Assembly: GCA_965224465.1 (NCBI GenBank)
Contig: OZ245049.1
Coordinates: forward strand, 3,630,001-3,662,000
Source: Flavobacteriaceae bacterium
GTDB taxonomy: Bacteria; Bacteroidota; Bacteroidia; Flavobacteriales; Flavobacteriaceae
DNA length: 32,000 nucleotides
Direction of reading: 5' to 3'
Shown: positions 9,057 through 16,973 of the stretch, piece after piece
How positions within the stretch are numbered: position 1 is the first letter of the stretch
Layout: each line of letters opens with the position of its first letter
The notes under the pieces: generated by a model
The model's database searches: none
The model's input: only the letters and a program-made list of their open reading frames with translations
Told to the model about the DNA's origin: nothing
Translations under genes and position numbers: made by a program

Positions 9057-10589
9057 ATGAGAGTAAGTTATCCGCTAAAAGATATTAGTACTGATGCCGA
9101 AGCAAAAAATTATTTGGGGAATCGTAACCTTTTTGGAAAATACCCTATTGGAGCGCATAATGCTTGGCATGGTGGTATACATTTAGAAGGTGCAAGTAGA
9201 GAAATACAATGCATTGCGCAAGGTCGTATAATTGCCTACCGCTTTGCAAAAGAGTATGAAAAAACGATAATAAACAATACGGATCACTTATATTCCAACG
9301 GATTTATACTCATACAACACGATTATAAAAGTAAAGAAAAACAAAAAATGACCTTTTATAGTTTGTATCATCATTTAATGCCCGAATCGGATATTATTAG
9401 TGATGAAAACAGTGCAAAAATACCTAATTTTTTAAGTAAAAGTTCTTATATTATAATAAGTAAAGAAGGCATACCAATTGAAGGACTTAATGCAAGAGTT
9501 TTAAAAAACAATAAAATAGATATATCTGAAAAAGGAGTGTCTGTAGTAATACCTAAAGGAAGTACTGTAAATTTAGCTCCTTTAGAAGACAACAAAATAA
9601 ACACTGGAAGTTACAAGCGAATTAACTACACAGATAAAGATGGTAAAACATATACCGATATTTATATATATGTAAAAATCGGAAAACAAGTAAAAAAAAT
9701 AACAGAAAATACCTTAGAAATAATTACTACAGAAGATGAAACAGAAAATAAATCTGTTTTAGGAGCTAGAGTAAGAGAAAGTGGAAAGTCATCAGCCAAA
9801 ATTATAAAAATAGTGCCTTATGATGATGTCTTAGAAATAGATGAAACAGTAAAAGGTAATTGGAAAAAATTAAAAGATGGATCTGGCTTTATACATAACT
9901 CTGGTTTCACAACAAAAATTACATTTGATAATTCCAAAGGAAAACTAGACGAAATTACAGCTTGTGATATACCAATAAAAGCAGGTATAACCATTGGTTA
10001 TACAGGTAACCTAGGTTTTAAAGGATACAAAGGATATAAAGCAACCCACTTAGAAGTATTTACGACAGATGATGTTTTTGAGTTTTTAAGTAATGAAAAA
10101 AAAGATGGAAAAGAAGAACAATATTTTACAAATATTATAGCAGGTACAAAATTAAAAACAAGCCTATTTTACAAAGTAGATATTAAAGCAAATACCCCTA
10201 TAAAAGTACTTAAAATTAAAGGAGATTATGCACAAATAAAAACTACAAATATAGAAGGTGTTGTAGGGAAAAGTCTTTTAGGTGGGTATAAATCTGCAAC
10301 AGGAGGAAGTTACTATACCGTAAGCCCTAACAATGTATCAAAATTAAATCCAAGTTTTAATAATATATTACCTAGTGACTTAAAAAAATTATATTGGGTT
10401 AACAGATGTGATTCTTCTGGTAATAATCTTACTAAAAGTGAAGAAAATAAAAAAATAACCGATGCTAAAAAAATAAAAAAAACATACATTCCCTATAGAA
10501 AAGTAACATACAAACCTAAAACTAAAGGAACATTTTGGATAGAAAAAACATCTATTTCCAAAATAGCAGAAAAAATAAAAAAAAATTAG
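9057..10589 (+). CDS. Atypical M23/LytM-like domain protein with inserted SH3b-like modules
   Basis: The two halves of the M23 fold are recognisable but lie far apart. The first half is NAWHGGIHLEG...IAQGRIIAY...GFILIQHDY...FYSLYHHL (aa about 35-106). The second is IKAGITIGYTGNLGFKGYKGYKATHLEVFT (aa about 306-335). Between and after them are SH3b-like stretches (LGARVRESGKSSAKIIKIVPYDDVLEIDETVKGNWKKLKDGSGFIH). The ORF ends in an A9 tract and overlaps the next ORF by 55 nt. Confidence 0.7.
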   Translation: MRVSYPLKDISTDAEAKNYLGNRNLFGKYPIGAHNAWHGGIHLEGASREIQCIAQGRIIAYRFAKEYEKTIINNTDHLYSNGFILIQHDYKSKEKQKMTFYSLYHHLMPESDIISDENSAKIPNFLSKSSYIIISKEGIPIEGLNARVLKNNKIDISEKGVSVVIPKGSTVNLAPLEDNKINTGSYKRINYTDKDGKTYTDIYIYVKIGKQVKKITENTLEIITTEDETENKSVLGARVRESGKSSAKIIKIVPYDDVLEIDETVKGNWKKLKDGSGFIHNSGFTTKITFDNSKGKLDEITACDIPIKAGITIGYTGNLGFKGYKGYKATHLEVFTTDDVFEFLSNEKKDGKEEQYFTNIIAGTKLKTSLFYKVDIKANTPIKVLKIKGDYAQIKTTNIEGVVGKSLLGGYKSATGGSYYTVSPNNVSKLNPSFNNILPSDLKKLYWVNRCDSSGNNLTKSEENKKITDAKKIKKTYIPYRKVTYKPKTKGTFWIEKTSISKIAEKIKKN

Positions 10590-12853
10590 ATATAATTACC
10601 TCAATTATTCCTGACTATTTTTTAACAGAAGAACAAAAATACGAAACAGTTGAAAGAGAAGCCAAAACAGGAGAAAAAACTACATTATATGTAGATGTAT
10701 GTAAGGCATATATCGAAGTCCCTTTTAGAACCGATGTAGAAGAAGTAACTGTAGAAAAAGAAAAAGTAGTTGACTTACGTAAATTTAAAAAAGCAAAAGA
10801 CGATAAAAAAGACCTTTGGTATAAAGTAGTATTAGATGATACAACTAGTAGCCAATGTGTAGCAGTAAAAGGCTGGGTAAAAGAAAAGGATCTTGACAAA
10901 TTTAGCGCTTACGATTGGCAAAAATTTGGTTTTAAAGATCTAGACGCAGGTAATGAATACATATACTCTGTAAAAGACTTACGTGAGGCAACAGATAGTG
11001 CCGATTTTGTAACCGAAATTTGGGATAAAACAATAGATACAGATGGCAATAAAGTATTAGATATACTAGAGCTTATTAGAGCGTTTAGTAAACCAGAAAT
11101 AGCACAAAAACTATCTCGTTTGGTATGTAAGCACAAAAATGAATGGTCTTATACTATGGACGAAATAAAACCAGAAGTAAAAGAACTCTATGATTTTGGT
11201 ATACAATTAGAAGAAGTTACAGCCGAAAAACAAAAACTAGAAACCGAAAGGGATGATAGTTTAGCCAAAATGGAAACCAAAATAGAAAATTTAATGTGGT
11301 GGGATGAGGCAAGTAAAAAACCCTACACAGCACCCGTAAAAGAAGAAGATAAAACAAAAACGAGTAGCACCAAAAGACCTTCTATGTTGCCAGAAGGTAC
11401 AGTGGTAGAAGAAATACCACAAAAAGATGTTGTACCTTTAGACAATAAAACAACAGCAGCTAAACCAGATGCTAAACCAACGAAAGATAGTATACCAACG
11501 ACAAGTACAACCGCTGCTCCAGCACCAGAAACTAAAGTAGAAGAAAAAGAAGTACCACCAAAACGTATGTTTCCAAGTACAGATATAGTACATCATTTTC
11601 ATCCTATTGCTTGGGTGGAGCAGATGAGACTTGTTTTTGGGGAAGGTGGCGGAGATTGTGAATCTCTTATTTGGGGAAATAAAGTAAGTTGTGAATTTAG
11701 AAAACGAGTAATTCAAATATCTAAACGTCTTGAATGCGATCCTAATCATTTAATGGGAGCTATGGCTTTAGAAACTGGAGGGAAATTTGACCCTAAGGTC
11801 GATAATGGTTTAGGTAAAGACAAAGATGGTATTGGTTACATCGGATTAATTCAGCTTGGAAATGATGCTATAAAAGATATGAATAGGAATTATTTTCTAC
11901 ATAGGGCAAAAATTAAAAAGAAAGATTTAAGAGCAATGTCTGCCGTAGAGCAATTATGCTATGTAGAATATTATTTAGCCAAACATAAAGGTAAACTTAA
12001 AACCTTAGCAGATTTTTATTTAGCAATACTTTGGCCAGTAGCAGTAGGTCACGGATCAGAACCAAATTATATCATTTTTGATGATGATTCAGTAGGGGAT
12101 AAGAAAACAGCATACCATTCAAACCCTACATTTCATAGAGAAGAAGATGAATATAAGAAGAATAGTAAAGGAAAAATCTATAAAAGACATGGTAAGGCAG
12201 GAGGTAAAACGTATGTTTGGGAAATAGCTGAAGCTATACAAGAATGGTATGATAAGGGAGTGCCTGAAAAAAACACTTCTAGTACCTGTACTTGTAATAC
12301 AGATTGCTCATGTGGTAAAGGATGTATTGATTTAACAGGTAAAGTTACTTGGGTGAGTCAGTATAATAAATCGGAGCTAAGAAAGAATAAACAAGGGCGC
12401 TTAGAGATGTATACAAAGGCTTGCTGGAAAACTTCAAGAAAGTTATTGCTTAATGCAGGGCTTGGCACTGATTCCGGTAAAAATATGAGTCCTATTATTA
12501 CGGCTTTAGAAAATAAAGATCATACTTCTATAGCATTAACAACAGATGCTCAATCTGGTGTTAGTTATATTGATGTTCAGTTAGAAAAAGGAAACCCTGT
12601 CTTAGTTGGCTTAAACCATACACTTTCTTATGGAATAAATGATAAGACAACAGACCATTTTGTTGTTATTGTTGGTAGAGCTTGCGAAAATAATAAAACA
12701 TACTATCGATTTTATGAAGTAGGTACTAGTTGGGCTCATTTAGGGCAGCATTCAAATAACAAATTTTTTTTAGGAGATGATTTTTCTTTAAGGTCATATA
12801 GGAAAAATAAATCTGAAAAATATTTAGTAAGTCAAGTACGTGAAAATTTTTAA
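10535..12853 (+). CDS. Full-length polymorphic toxin: conserved N-terminal/handle region + SLT/lysozyme-like domain + C39-like papain-fold peptidase domain
   Basis: 772 aa. The N-terminal part is unique to this gene. Nucleotides 11094-11640 are the handle shared with the downstream cassettes: a coiled coil, a P/T/K-rich linker and HHFHPIAWVEQM. The variable C-terminus follows. Its first domain is lysozyme-like (HLMGAMALETGGKFDP...GYIGLIQLGNDAI). Its second is Cys/His papain-like (TWVSQY...KACWKTS...TDHFVVIVGR...FYEVGTS). The only Met start overlaps the upstream ORF, so it may really be a -1 frameshift continuation of it. Confidence 0.8.
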   Translation: MDRKNIYFQNSRKNKKKLDIITSIIPDYFLTEEQKYETVEREAKTGEKTTLYVDVCKAYIEVPFRTDVEEVTVEKEKVVDLRKFKKAKDDKKDLWYKVVLDDTTSSQCVAVKGWVKEKDLDKFSAYDWQKFGFKDLDAGNEYIYSVKDLREATDSADFVTEIWDKTIDTDGNKVLDILELIRAFSKPEIAQKLSRLVCKHKNEWSYTMDEIKPEVKELYDFGIQLEEVTAEKQKLETERDDSLAKMETKIENLMWWDEASKKPYTAPVKEEDKTKTSSTKRPSMLPEGTVVEEIPQKDVVPLDNKTTAAKPDAKPTKDSIPTTSTTAAPAPETKVEEKEVPPKRMFPSTDIVHHFHPIAWVEQMRLVFGEGGGDCESLIWGNKVSCEFRKRVIQISKRLECDPNHLMGAMALETGGKFDPKVDNGLGKDKDGIGYIGLIQLGNDAIKDMNRNYFLHRAKIKKKDLRAMSAVEQLCYVEYYLAKHKGKLKTLADFYLAILWPVAVGHGSEPNYIIFDDDSVGDKKTAYHSNPTFHREEDEYKKNSKGKIYKRHGKAGGKTYVWEIAEAIQEWYDKGVPEKNTSSTCTCNTDCSCGKGCIDLTGKVTWVSQYNKSELRKNKQGRLEMYTKACWKTSRKLLLNAGLGTDSGKNMSPIITALENKDHTSIALTTDAQSGVSYIDVQLEKGNPVLVGLNHTLSYGINDKTTDHFVVIVGRACENNKTYYRFYEVGTSWAHLGQHSNNKFFLGDDFSLRSYRKNKSEKYLVSQVRENF
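10577..10585 (+). other. A9 homopolymer / A_AAA_AAA slippery heptamer at the junction of ORFs 9057-10589 and 10535-12853
   Basis: In the upstream frame the codons read ATA AAA AAA AAT TAG. A -1 shift on A_AAA_AAA (10577-10583) continues as AAA TTA GAT ATA ATT ACC (K L D I I T), which is the downstream ORF frame. Confidence 0.35.
11094..11640 (+). repeat. Handle repeat, copy 1 (master copy inside the full-length toxin gene)
   Basis: It begins CAGAAATAGCACAAAAACTATCTCG and ends ...CATCATTTTCATCCTATTGCTTGGGTGGAGCAGATGAGACTTGTTTTTGG. It differs from copies 4 and 6 by only about ten substitutions, by eye. Confidence 0.9.
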
Positions 12854-12857
12854 TAGC

Positions 12858-13715
12858 ATGGTTAGAGTAATAAAAGTAGTTTGTTTATGTATCTTTTTTA
12901 GTTCTTGTTTTAACGTGAAAGAAGATACTAATAAAAAAGGACTAAATAATAAAGTTATTAACGCTACTTCTAATAAAAAAATAAGTCAAAATTATTTTAA
13001 AAACTTAAAGGAGTTTAAAAGTTTTATAGAAGGGAAGAGGTGGGTTGATGTAAAAGATGAATTCCCTTGTTATGAAGACAGTAGAAGTATAATGATGAAA
13101 GGAAATTATGTTTATATATATACAATGGAGCCCACTAAGTGCAAAATAGAAAGTATAAAGCAAGTAGATTCAAAAACCTTAGAGATTAAAGTAGAAAAAG
13201 GAAGTAGCCGAGGAAATAGAACTCTTCAGCTTGAGATTATTAGCTTAGAAGAACGTTTAGTTAAATGGACAAATTATTATGAAGAAACATTTGAAGCTAA
13301 GCCTTATGATATTATTTGTAAAGATTGGAGTAAAGAACCTGAAAAGAAAGAATCTTACCATACCAGTATGTATAACATTAAAAATGCTACATTAAGTATA
13401 AATGGAAAATGGGAAGGTTTATATTATTTCAAAGGTGGTGAGTTAGATCTTGATTATATCTTAGATTTTAAAGAAGGTAGAATGCAGTTAAATGTTCAGG
13501 CTCGTCAATATGGTTATTCAGATCAATTAAAAGCTGTTCAATTAGGTGATACTCTAGGTTTATATCATCATAAAAATATATCAGGCTATAATTATGATGA
13601 AGATCGAGCATATGATTTTTTAAAATTTTATAAATCGTCAGATGGCAAGTTTTATTTTGAAGGTAAACTACCTTATTTACCAAAAGGAGCTATTGAGTTT
13701 GATAAAGTAAAATAA
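12858..13715 (+). CDS. Lipoprotein, candidate immunity protein I1 for the full-length toxin
   Basis: Signal peptide with lipobox-like Cys (MVRVIKVVCLCIFFSSC). It starts 4 nt after the toxin stop, or overlaps it if GTG 12840 is used. No recognisable enzymatic motif. Position and topology fit immunity against a periplasm-acting toxin. Confidence 0.7.
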   Translation: MVRVIKVVCLCIFFSSCFNVKEDTNKKGLNNKVINATSNKKISQNYFKNLKEFKSFIEGKRWVDVKDEFPCYEDSRSIMMKGNYVYIYTMEPTKCKIESIKQVDSKTLEIKVEKGSSRGNRTLQLEIISLEERLVKWTNYYEETFEAKPYDIICKDWSKEPEKKESYHTSMYNIKNATLSINGKWEGLYYFKGGELDLDYILDFKEGRMQLNVQARQYGYSDQLKAVQLGDTLGLYHHKNISGYNYDEDRAYDFLKFYKSSDGKFYFEGKLPYLPKGAIEFDKVK

Positions 13716-13733
13716 CCCTCGCTACCGTGCTAT

Positions 13734-15098
13734 TTGTACGCTGCTCCAGCACCAGAAACTAAAGTAGAAGAAAAAGAAGTGCCACCAGAACGTATGTTTC
13801 CAAGTACCAATATAGTACATCATTTTCATCCTATTGCTTGGGTGGAGCAGATGAGGTTGTTGGAAAAACAAACTGGTGAATGTTATTGTAATAGAGATTT
13901 TGAAGCTGACGACCTTAAAGTAATGGTAAAAAGAATTAGAGATAATACTTTCTATAAAGGTAAGTCTATTACTAAATTTCATCAAGAAAAATTATTTCAT
14001 GGTCGTGGTGGTGTACCAGAATCAGATCGGAACTTTGAGAAGTTTTCAGATGTACTAAACAAATCGTTTACTAAATACGGCATAACAAATTGTATTCATA
14101 AAATACATTTCCTAGCTAACATGTATGTAGAGACGATGTATTTTACAGCCACAGAGGAACTTCCAAATGAATCAAACGCTAATTATAAGAAATATAAACC
14201 TTATGTTGGTCGTGGATTTATGCATTTAACTTGGGATTATCATTACAAAGAATATTCTGAAATAGCTGGAAATACAGATATTAAATCAGGAACTAACTAT
14301 AAAAAAGCAGCAAGTAATCTAGAATTGGCAGCTGATACAGCAGGTTGGTATTGGAAAAAAAGTAAACTCAATTCCTTGTCAGAAACAGATGACATTTTAA
14401 AAACCACAAAAAAAATTAATGGTGGTACTAATGGTTATAAACATCGTAGAATTGCTTGGATTAAACTTAAAGAAATATTTAATTACCCTCATGGTTGTAG
14501 TACCGATAGTAGCAAACACGAAGCACCTGTATATGGTGAAGGTGTTTTAGAAGAAATGCGTGAATGGGCAGATAAGCATGTGCAGTATAAAATGGAAAGT
14601 GAATGGGTTGGGAAAAGACGAACTGGATTACGTTCTAGTCAAACAAAAGATGCTCTTGGACGATTAGATTGTTCAGAATTTGTATGTCGATATTTATATA
14701 AATTAGGAGTAACAAATACTTTAAAAGTTATTGTAACAAGTGGTATGACAAACCAAACTGATTTCAGGAAAAATCTTGGAAATGATAATATTGAACATAT
14801 TTATGGAAGTGAGAAGGAAGATTTTATTCCTCAAGCAGGCGATATATTTGTTTGGTCAAGATCTAGTAGCGATGGTCATACAGGTATTGTGCATAGTGTA
14901 GATGGAAACAAAATTACTATACTTGAAGCAATTGGTCAAGGTGGATCAGCGGATAAAACTTTTAACGCTAACAATGGTGGATATGAAGGTAAAAACTCTA
15001 CTCGTACATCCGTTTATAAAAGAAATGGTGGTGCATTATCTGGTCATGGAGGTTGGAAAGGGTATTTTAGACCTCTTAACTATTCAAAAATAAAATAA
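13734..15098 (+). CDS. Orphan toxin cassette T2: short handle remnant + GH19 (chitinase/endolysin-like) + NlpC/P60-CHAP-type peptidase
   Basis: It begins inside the handle (APAPETKVEEKEVPPERMFPSTNIVHHFHPIAWVEQM) and has no ATG; the track start is a TTG. GH19 motifs are IHFLANMYVETMYF and YVGRGFMHLTW. The C-terminal papain-like peptidase shows GRLDCSEFVCRYLY...AGDIFVW...GHTGIVHSVDGNKITILEA. Confidence 0.75.
   Translation: MYAAPAPETKVEEKEVPPERMFPSTNIVHHFHPIAWVEQMRLLEKQTGECYCNRDFEADDLKVMVKRIRDNTFYKGKSITKFHQEKLFHGRGGVPESDRNFEKFSDVLNKSFTKYGITNCIHKIHFLANMYVETMYFTATEELPNESNANYKKYKPYVGRGFMHLTWDYHYKEYSEIAGNTDIKSGTNYKKAASNLELAADTAGWYWKKSKLNSLSETDDILKTTKKINGGTNGYKHRRIAWIKLKEIFNYPHGCSTDSSKHEAPVYGEGVLEEMREWADKHVQYKMESEWVGKRRTGLRSSQTKDALGRLDCSEFVCRYLYKLGVTNTLKVIVTSGMTNQTDFRKNLGNDNIEHIYGSEKEDFIPQAGDIFVWSRSSSDGHTGIVHSVDGNKITILEAIGQGGSADKTFNANNGGYEGKNSTRTSVYKRNGGALSGHGGWKGYFRPLNYSKIK
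13739..13856 (+). repeat. Handle repeat, copy 2 (3'-terminal about 120 nt only)
   Basis: CGCTGCTCCAGCACCAGAAACTAAAGTAGAAG...GGGTGGAGCAGATGAGG. It matches the last part of copy 1. Confidence 0.85.
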
Positions 15099-15103
15099 AA
15101 CAC

Positions 15104-15892
15104 ATGAAACAAACAATAAAATTTATCAGCATACTACTTATTTTTTTTTCTTGTAAAGGTCAGATTAAACAAAAAACAGAACCTTTTCAAATCTTAACCA
15201 ATCAAGAATTAAAATTAAAATCTATAAATGAACTCCGATTGTTTAGAAATGAAGTTTTTGCTCGCAAAGGATATGTGTTTAAAGATGGGGAATTAAACAA
15301 TTATTTTAAAGCACAAAGCTGGTACATACCTAATAATGATAATAACACCATTGTGTTTTCAGAAAAAGAACAAGTATATATCTATGAAATAAAAAAAACA
15401 GAAAAAACCTTAGCGTTAAATACTAATAGAAAATGTTTAAGTAATTTAAGTAAACAATATTCTGACTTATACCCTCTGACAAATAAAGATTTACTTAATG
15501 AAAAGTTTAAATACAGCAAACAGTTGTATGGTATTGAAATCCAGAGCCCTAGTCCTATGATAAAAGGCAATCTTTGTGGTGGTGGAAGTGTTTGGAATCT
15601 TAAATGTTCAGGAAATGTTAATTACCAATTATTATTTTACACTTGTGATTCTGATAATCTTTATATGAGTTTAGCTATTATTAAGAATGAAGATGATATG
15701 GATTTTCTAAAACTTTACGGCACTTATGTTCATGATTTTAAAAATGTAGATAAATATAGTTTTATTTTAGACCATGATAACTTAGATATTATCAAAACCA
15801 ATTACACCAATACAGAAGATTACAAAGAAAAAGAAGTTTCAAAAGAAGTAAAAAAATATAAGTTAACTGATAATGGTATTATAGAGTTATAG
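15104..15892 (+). CDS. Lipoprotein with YARHG domain, candidate immunity I2
   Basis: Signal/lipobox MKQTIKFISILLIFFSC. LRLFRNEVFARKGYVFKDGELNNYFKAQSWY matches the YARHG domain signature. It starts 5 nt after the T2 stop. Confidence 0.75.
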   Translation: MKQTIKFISILLIFFSCKGQIKQKTEPFQILTNQELKLKSINELRLFRNEVFARKGYVFKDGELNNYFKAQSWYIPNNDNNTIVFSEKEQVYIYEIKKTEKTLALNTNRKCLSNLSKQYSDLYPLTNKDLLNEKFKYSKQLYGIEIQSPSPMIKGNLCGGGSVWNLKCSGNVNYQLLFYTCDSDNLYMSLAIIKNEDDMDFLKLYGTYVHDFKNVDKYSFILDHDNLDIIKTNYTNTEDYKEKEVSKEVKKYKLTDNGIIEL

Positions 15893-15946
15893 ATCGAAAG
15901 GTAAAAAAATGTATTTTAGAAAGATTAACTATACGAAAAAAATATA

Positions 15947-16958
15947 ATATGCTTGTCCGCTAGTTTCCCTAATATTTTTGTTGTATTTTCATAAAACATA
16001 AATAATCGATATGAGATTAATTGAATTTAGTGAGCACTACCCAGATGAAGCCAGTTGTAAAGCAGCATTTAAGTCCTATCGCGAAAAAGAAGGGGTTAAG
16101 TGTAAAAAGTGTGGAGGAACTACTCATTATTGGAAAAAGAAACGAGAACAGTGGGAATGTAAAAACTGTACTCACAGAACAACGTTGAAAAGCGGTACTG
16201 TTATGCAAAGCAGTAAATTACCTTTTAAGTATTGGTTTATAGCTATGCATTTAATAACAAGCACAAAAAAATCATTTTCGGCTAAAGAGATTCAACGTCA
16301 GATAGGTCATAAAAGATATGAGCCTATTTGGGCAATGGTTCATAAGTTAAGATGCGTTATGGGGTTAAGAGACGATGAATATCAGCTTAGTGATGAGGTT
16401 GAATTGGATGATGGGTTTTTTGAAACCGTTTCAATAACAAGAGATAAAACAGCACCTTTAAAAAGGGGGCGAGGAAGTCAAAGACAATCAATAGTATTAG
16501 TAAGTATAGAGTCTAAACTAGAATCAGAACACTATAACAGCAAGAAACACAGGGTGAATAAGAGAGTGAAATTCCTAAAGATGAAAGTAATCAGTTCTTT
16601 AAAGAAAGAAGAGGTAGCTCAAACTGTAAATCAAATGGTTGAAGGAGGTAGCAAAATAATTTCCGATGGATCAAATAGCTTTAATGACTTGACTAAGGAT
16701 TTTGAACTAGTCTCTAATGTTGTGCCAAAGAAAAATATCAATTCTATTTTACCTTGGGTTCACAAAGCAATTAGTAACGCCAAAAGGCTATTACTGGATG
16801 TCCATCATAGAATAGATGATGATTTTCTTCAAAATTACTTGAACGAGTACTGCTACAAATTCAATAGGAGAACATTTAATAACTTATTCGACAGGCTTAT
16901 GATTGCAGCGGTATCATATAGATGGAATTATCTTGGGGAAGTTAACGGATAAGCATAT
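15947..16958 (+). mobile_element. IS1595-family insertion sequence
   Basis: Terminal inverted repeats ATATGCTTGTCCGCTAGTT (15947-) and the reverse complement of AAGTTAACGGATAAGCATAT (-16958). Encodes a single transposase. The right end abuts the interrupted 5' end of an immunity gene, whose intact copy is at 31526. Confidence 0.8.
16011..16952 (+). CDS. IS1595-family transposase (zinc-ribbon + DDE_Tnp_IS1595)
   Basis: 313 aa. N-terminal Zn ribbon (CKKCGG...WECKNCTHRTTLKSGTVMQSSKLPFKYWFIAMHL) followed by a DDE region (VELDDGFF...ISDGSNSF...NYLNEYCYKFNRR). Confidence 0.9.
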   Translation: MRLIEFSEHYPDEASCKAAFKSYREKEGVKCKKCGGTTHYWKKKREQWECKNCTHRTTLKSGTVMQSSKLPFKYWFIAMHLITSTKKSFSAKEIQRQIGHKRYEPIWAMVHKLRCVMGLRDDEYQLSDEVELDDGFFETVSITRDKTAPLKRGRGSQRQSIVLVSIESKLESEHYNSKKHRVNKRVKFLKMKVISSLKKEEVAQTVNQMVEGGSKIISDGSNSFNDLTKDFELVSNVVPKKNINSILPWVHKAISNAKRLLLDVHHRIDDDFLQNYLNEYCYKFNRRTFNNLFDRLMIAAVSYRWNYLGEVNG

Positions 16959-16973
16959 AAGTTTATCATAACA

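Noticed and set aside
11438-11749. Antisense ORFs opposite the handle repeat (11438-11749, 13722-13985, 18092-18352, 23552-23824, 29946-30173) that recur as a 'family'.
   Set aside because: They recur only because the sense-strand handle is repeated. Their translations are low-complexity (FFFFYFSFWCW..., VVLVVGILSS...), and they have no independent start or stop conservation. They are shadow ORFs of the P/T/K-rich linker.
10535-12853. Possibility that the carrier protein is an Rhs/YD-repeat or CdiA-type toxin.
   Set aside because: I saw no YD/RHS repeat motifs, no PxxxxDPxGL, no FHA-type repeats and no VENN motif in any frame. The conserved pre-toxin region is a coiled coil plus a low-complexity linker instead.
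14902-15093. 63-aa ORF in an alternative frame inside the T2 3' end.
   Set aside because: It is fully embedded in the well-supported CHAP/NlpC-P60 coding frame and has no motifs. It is a chance ORF in AT-rich DNA.
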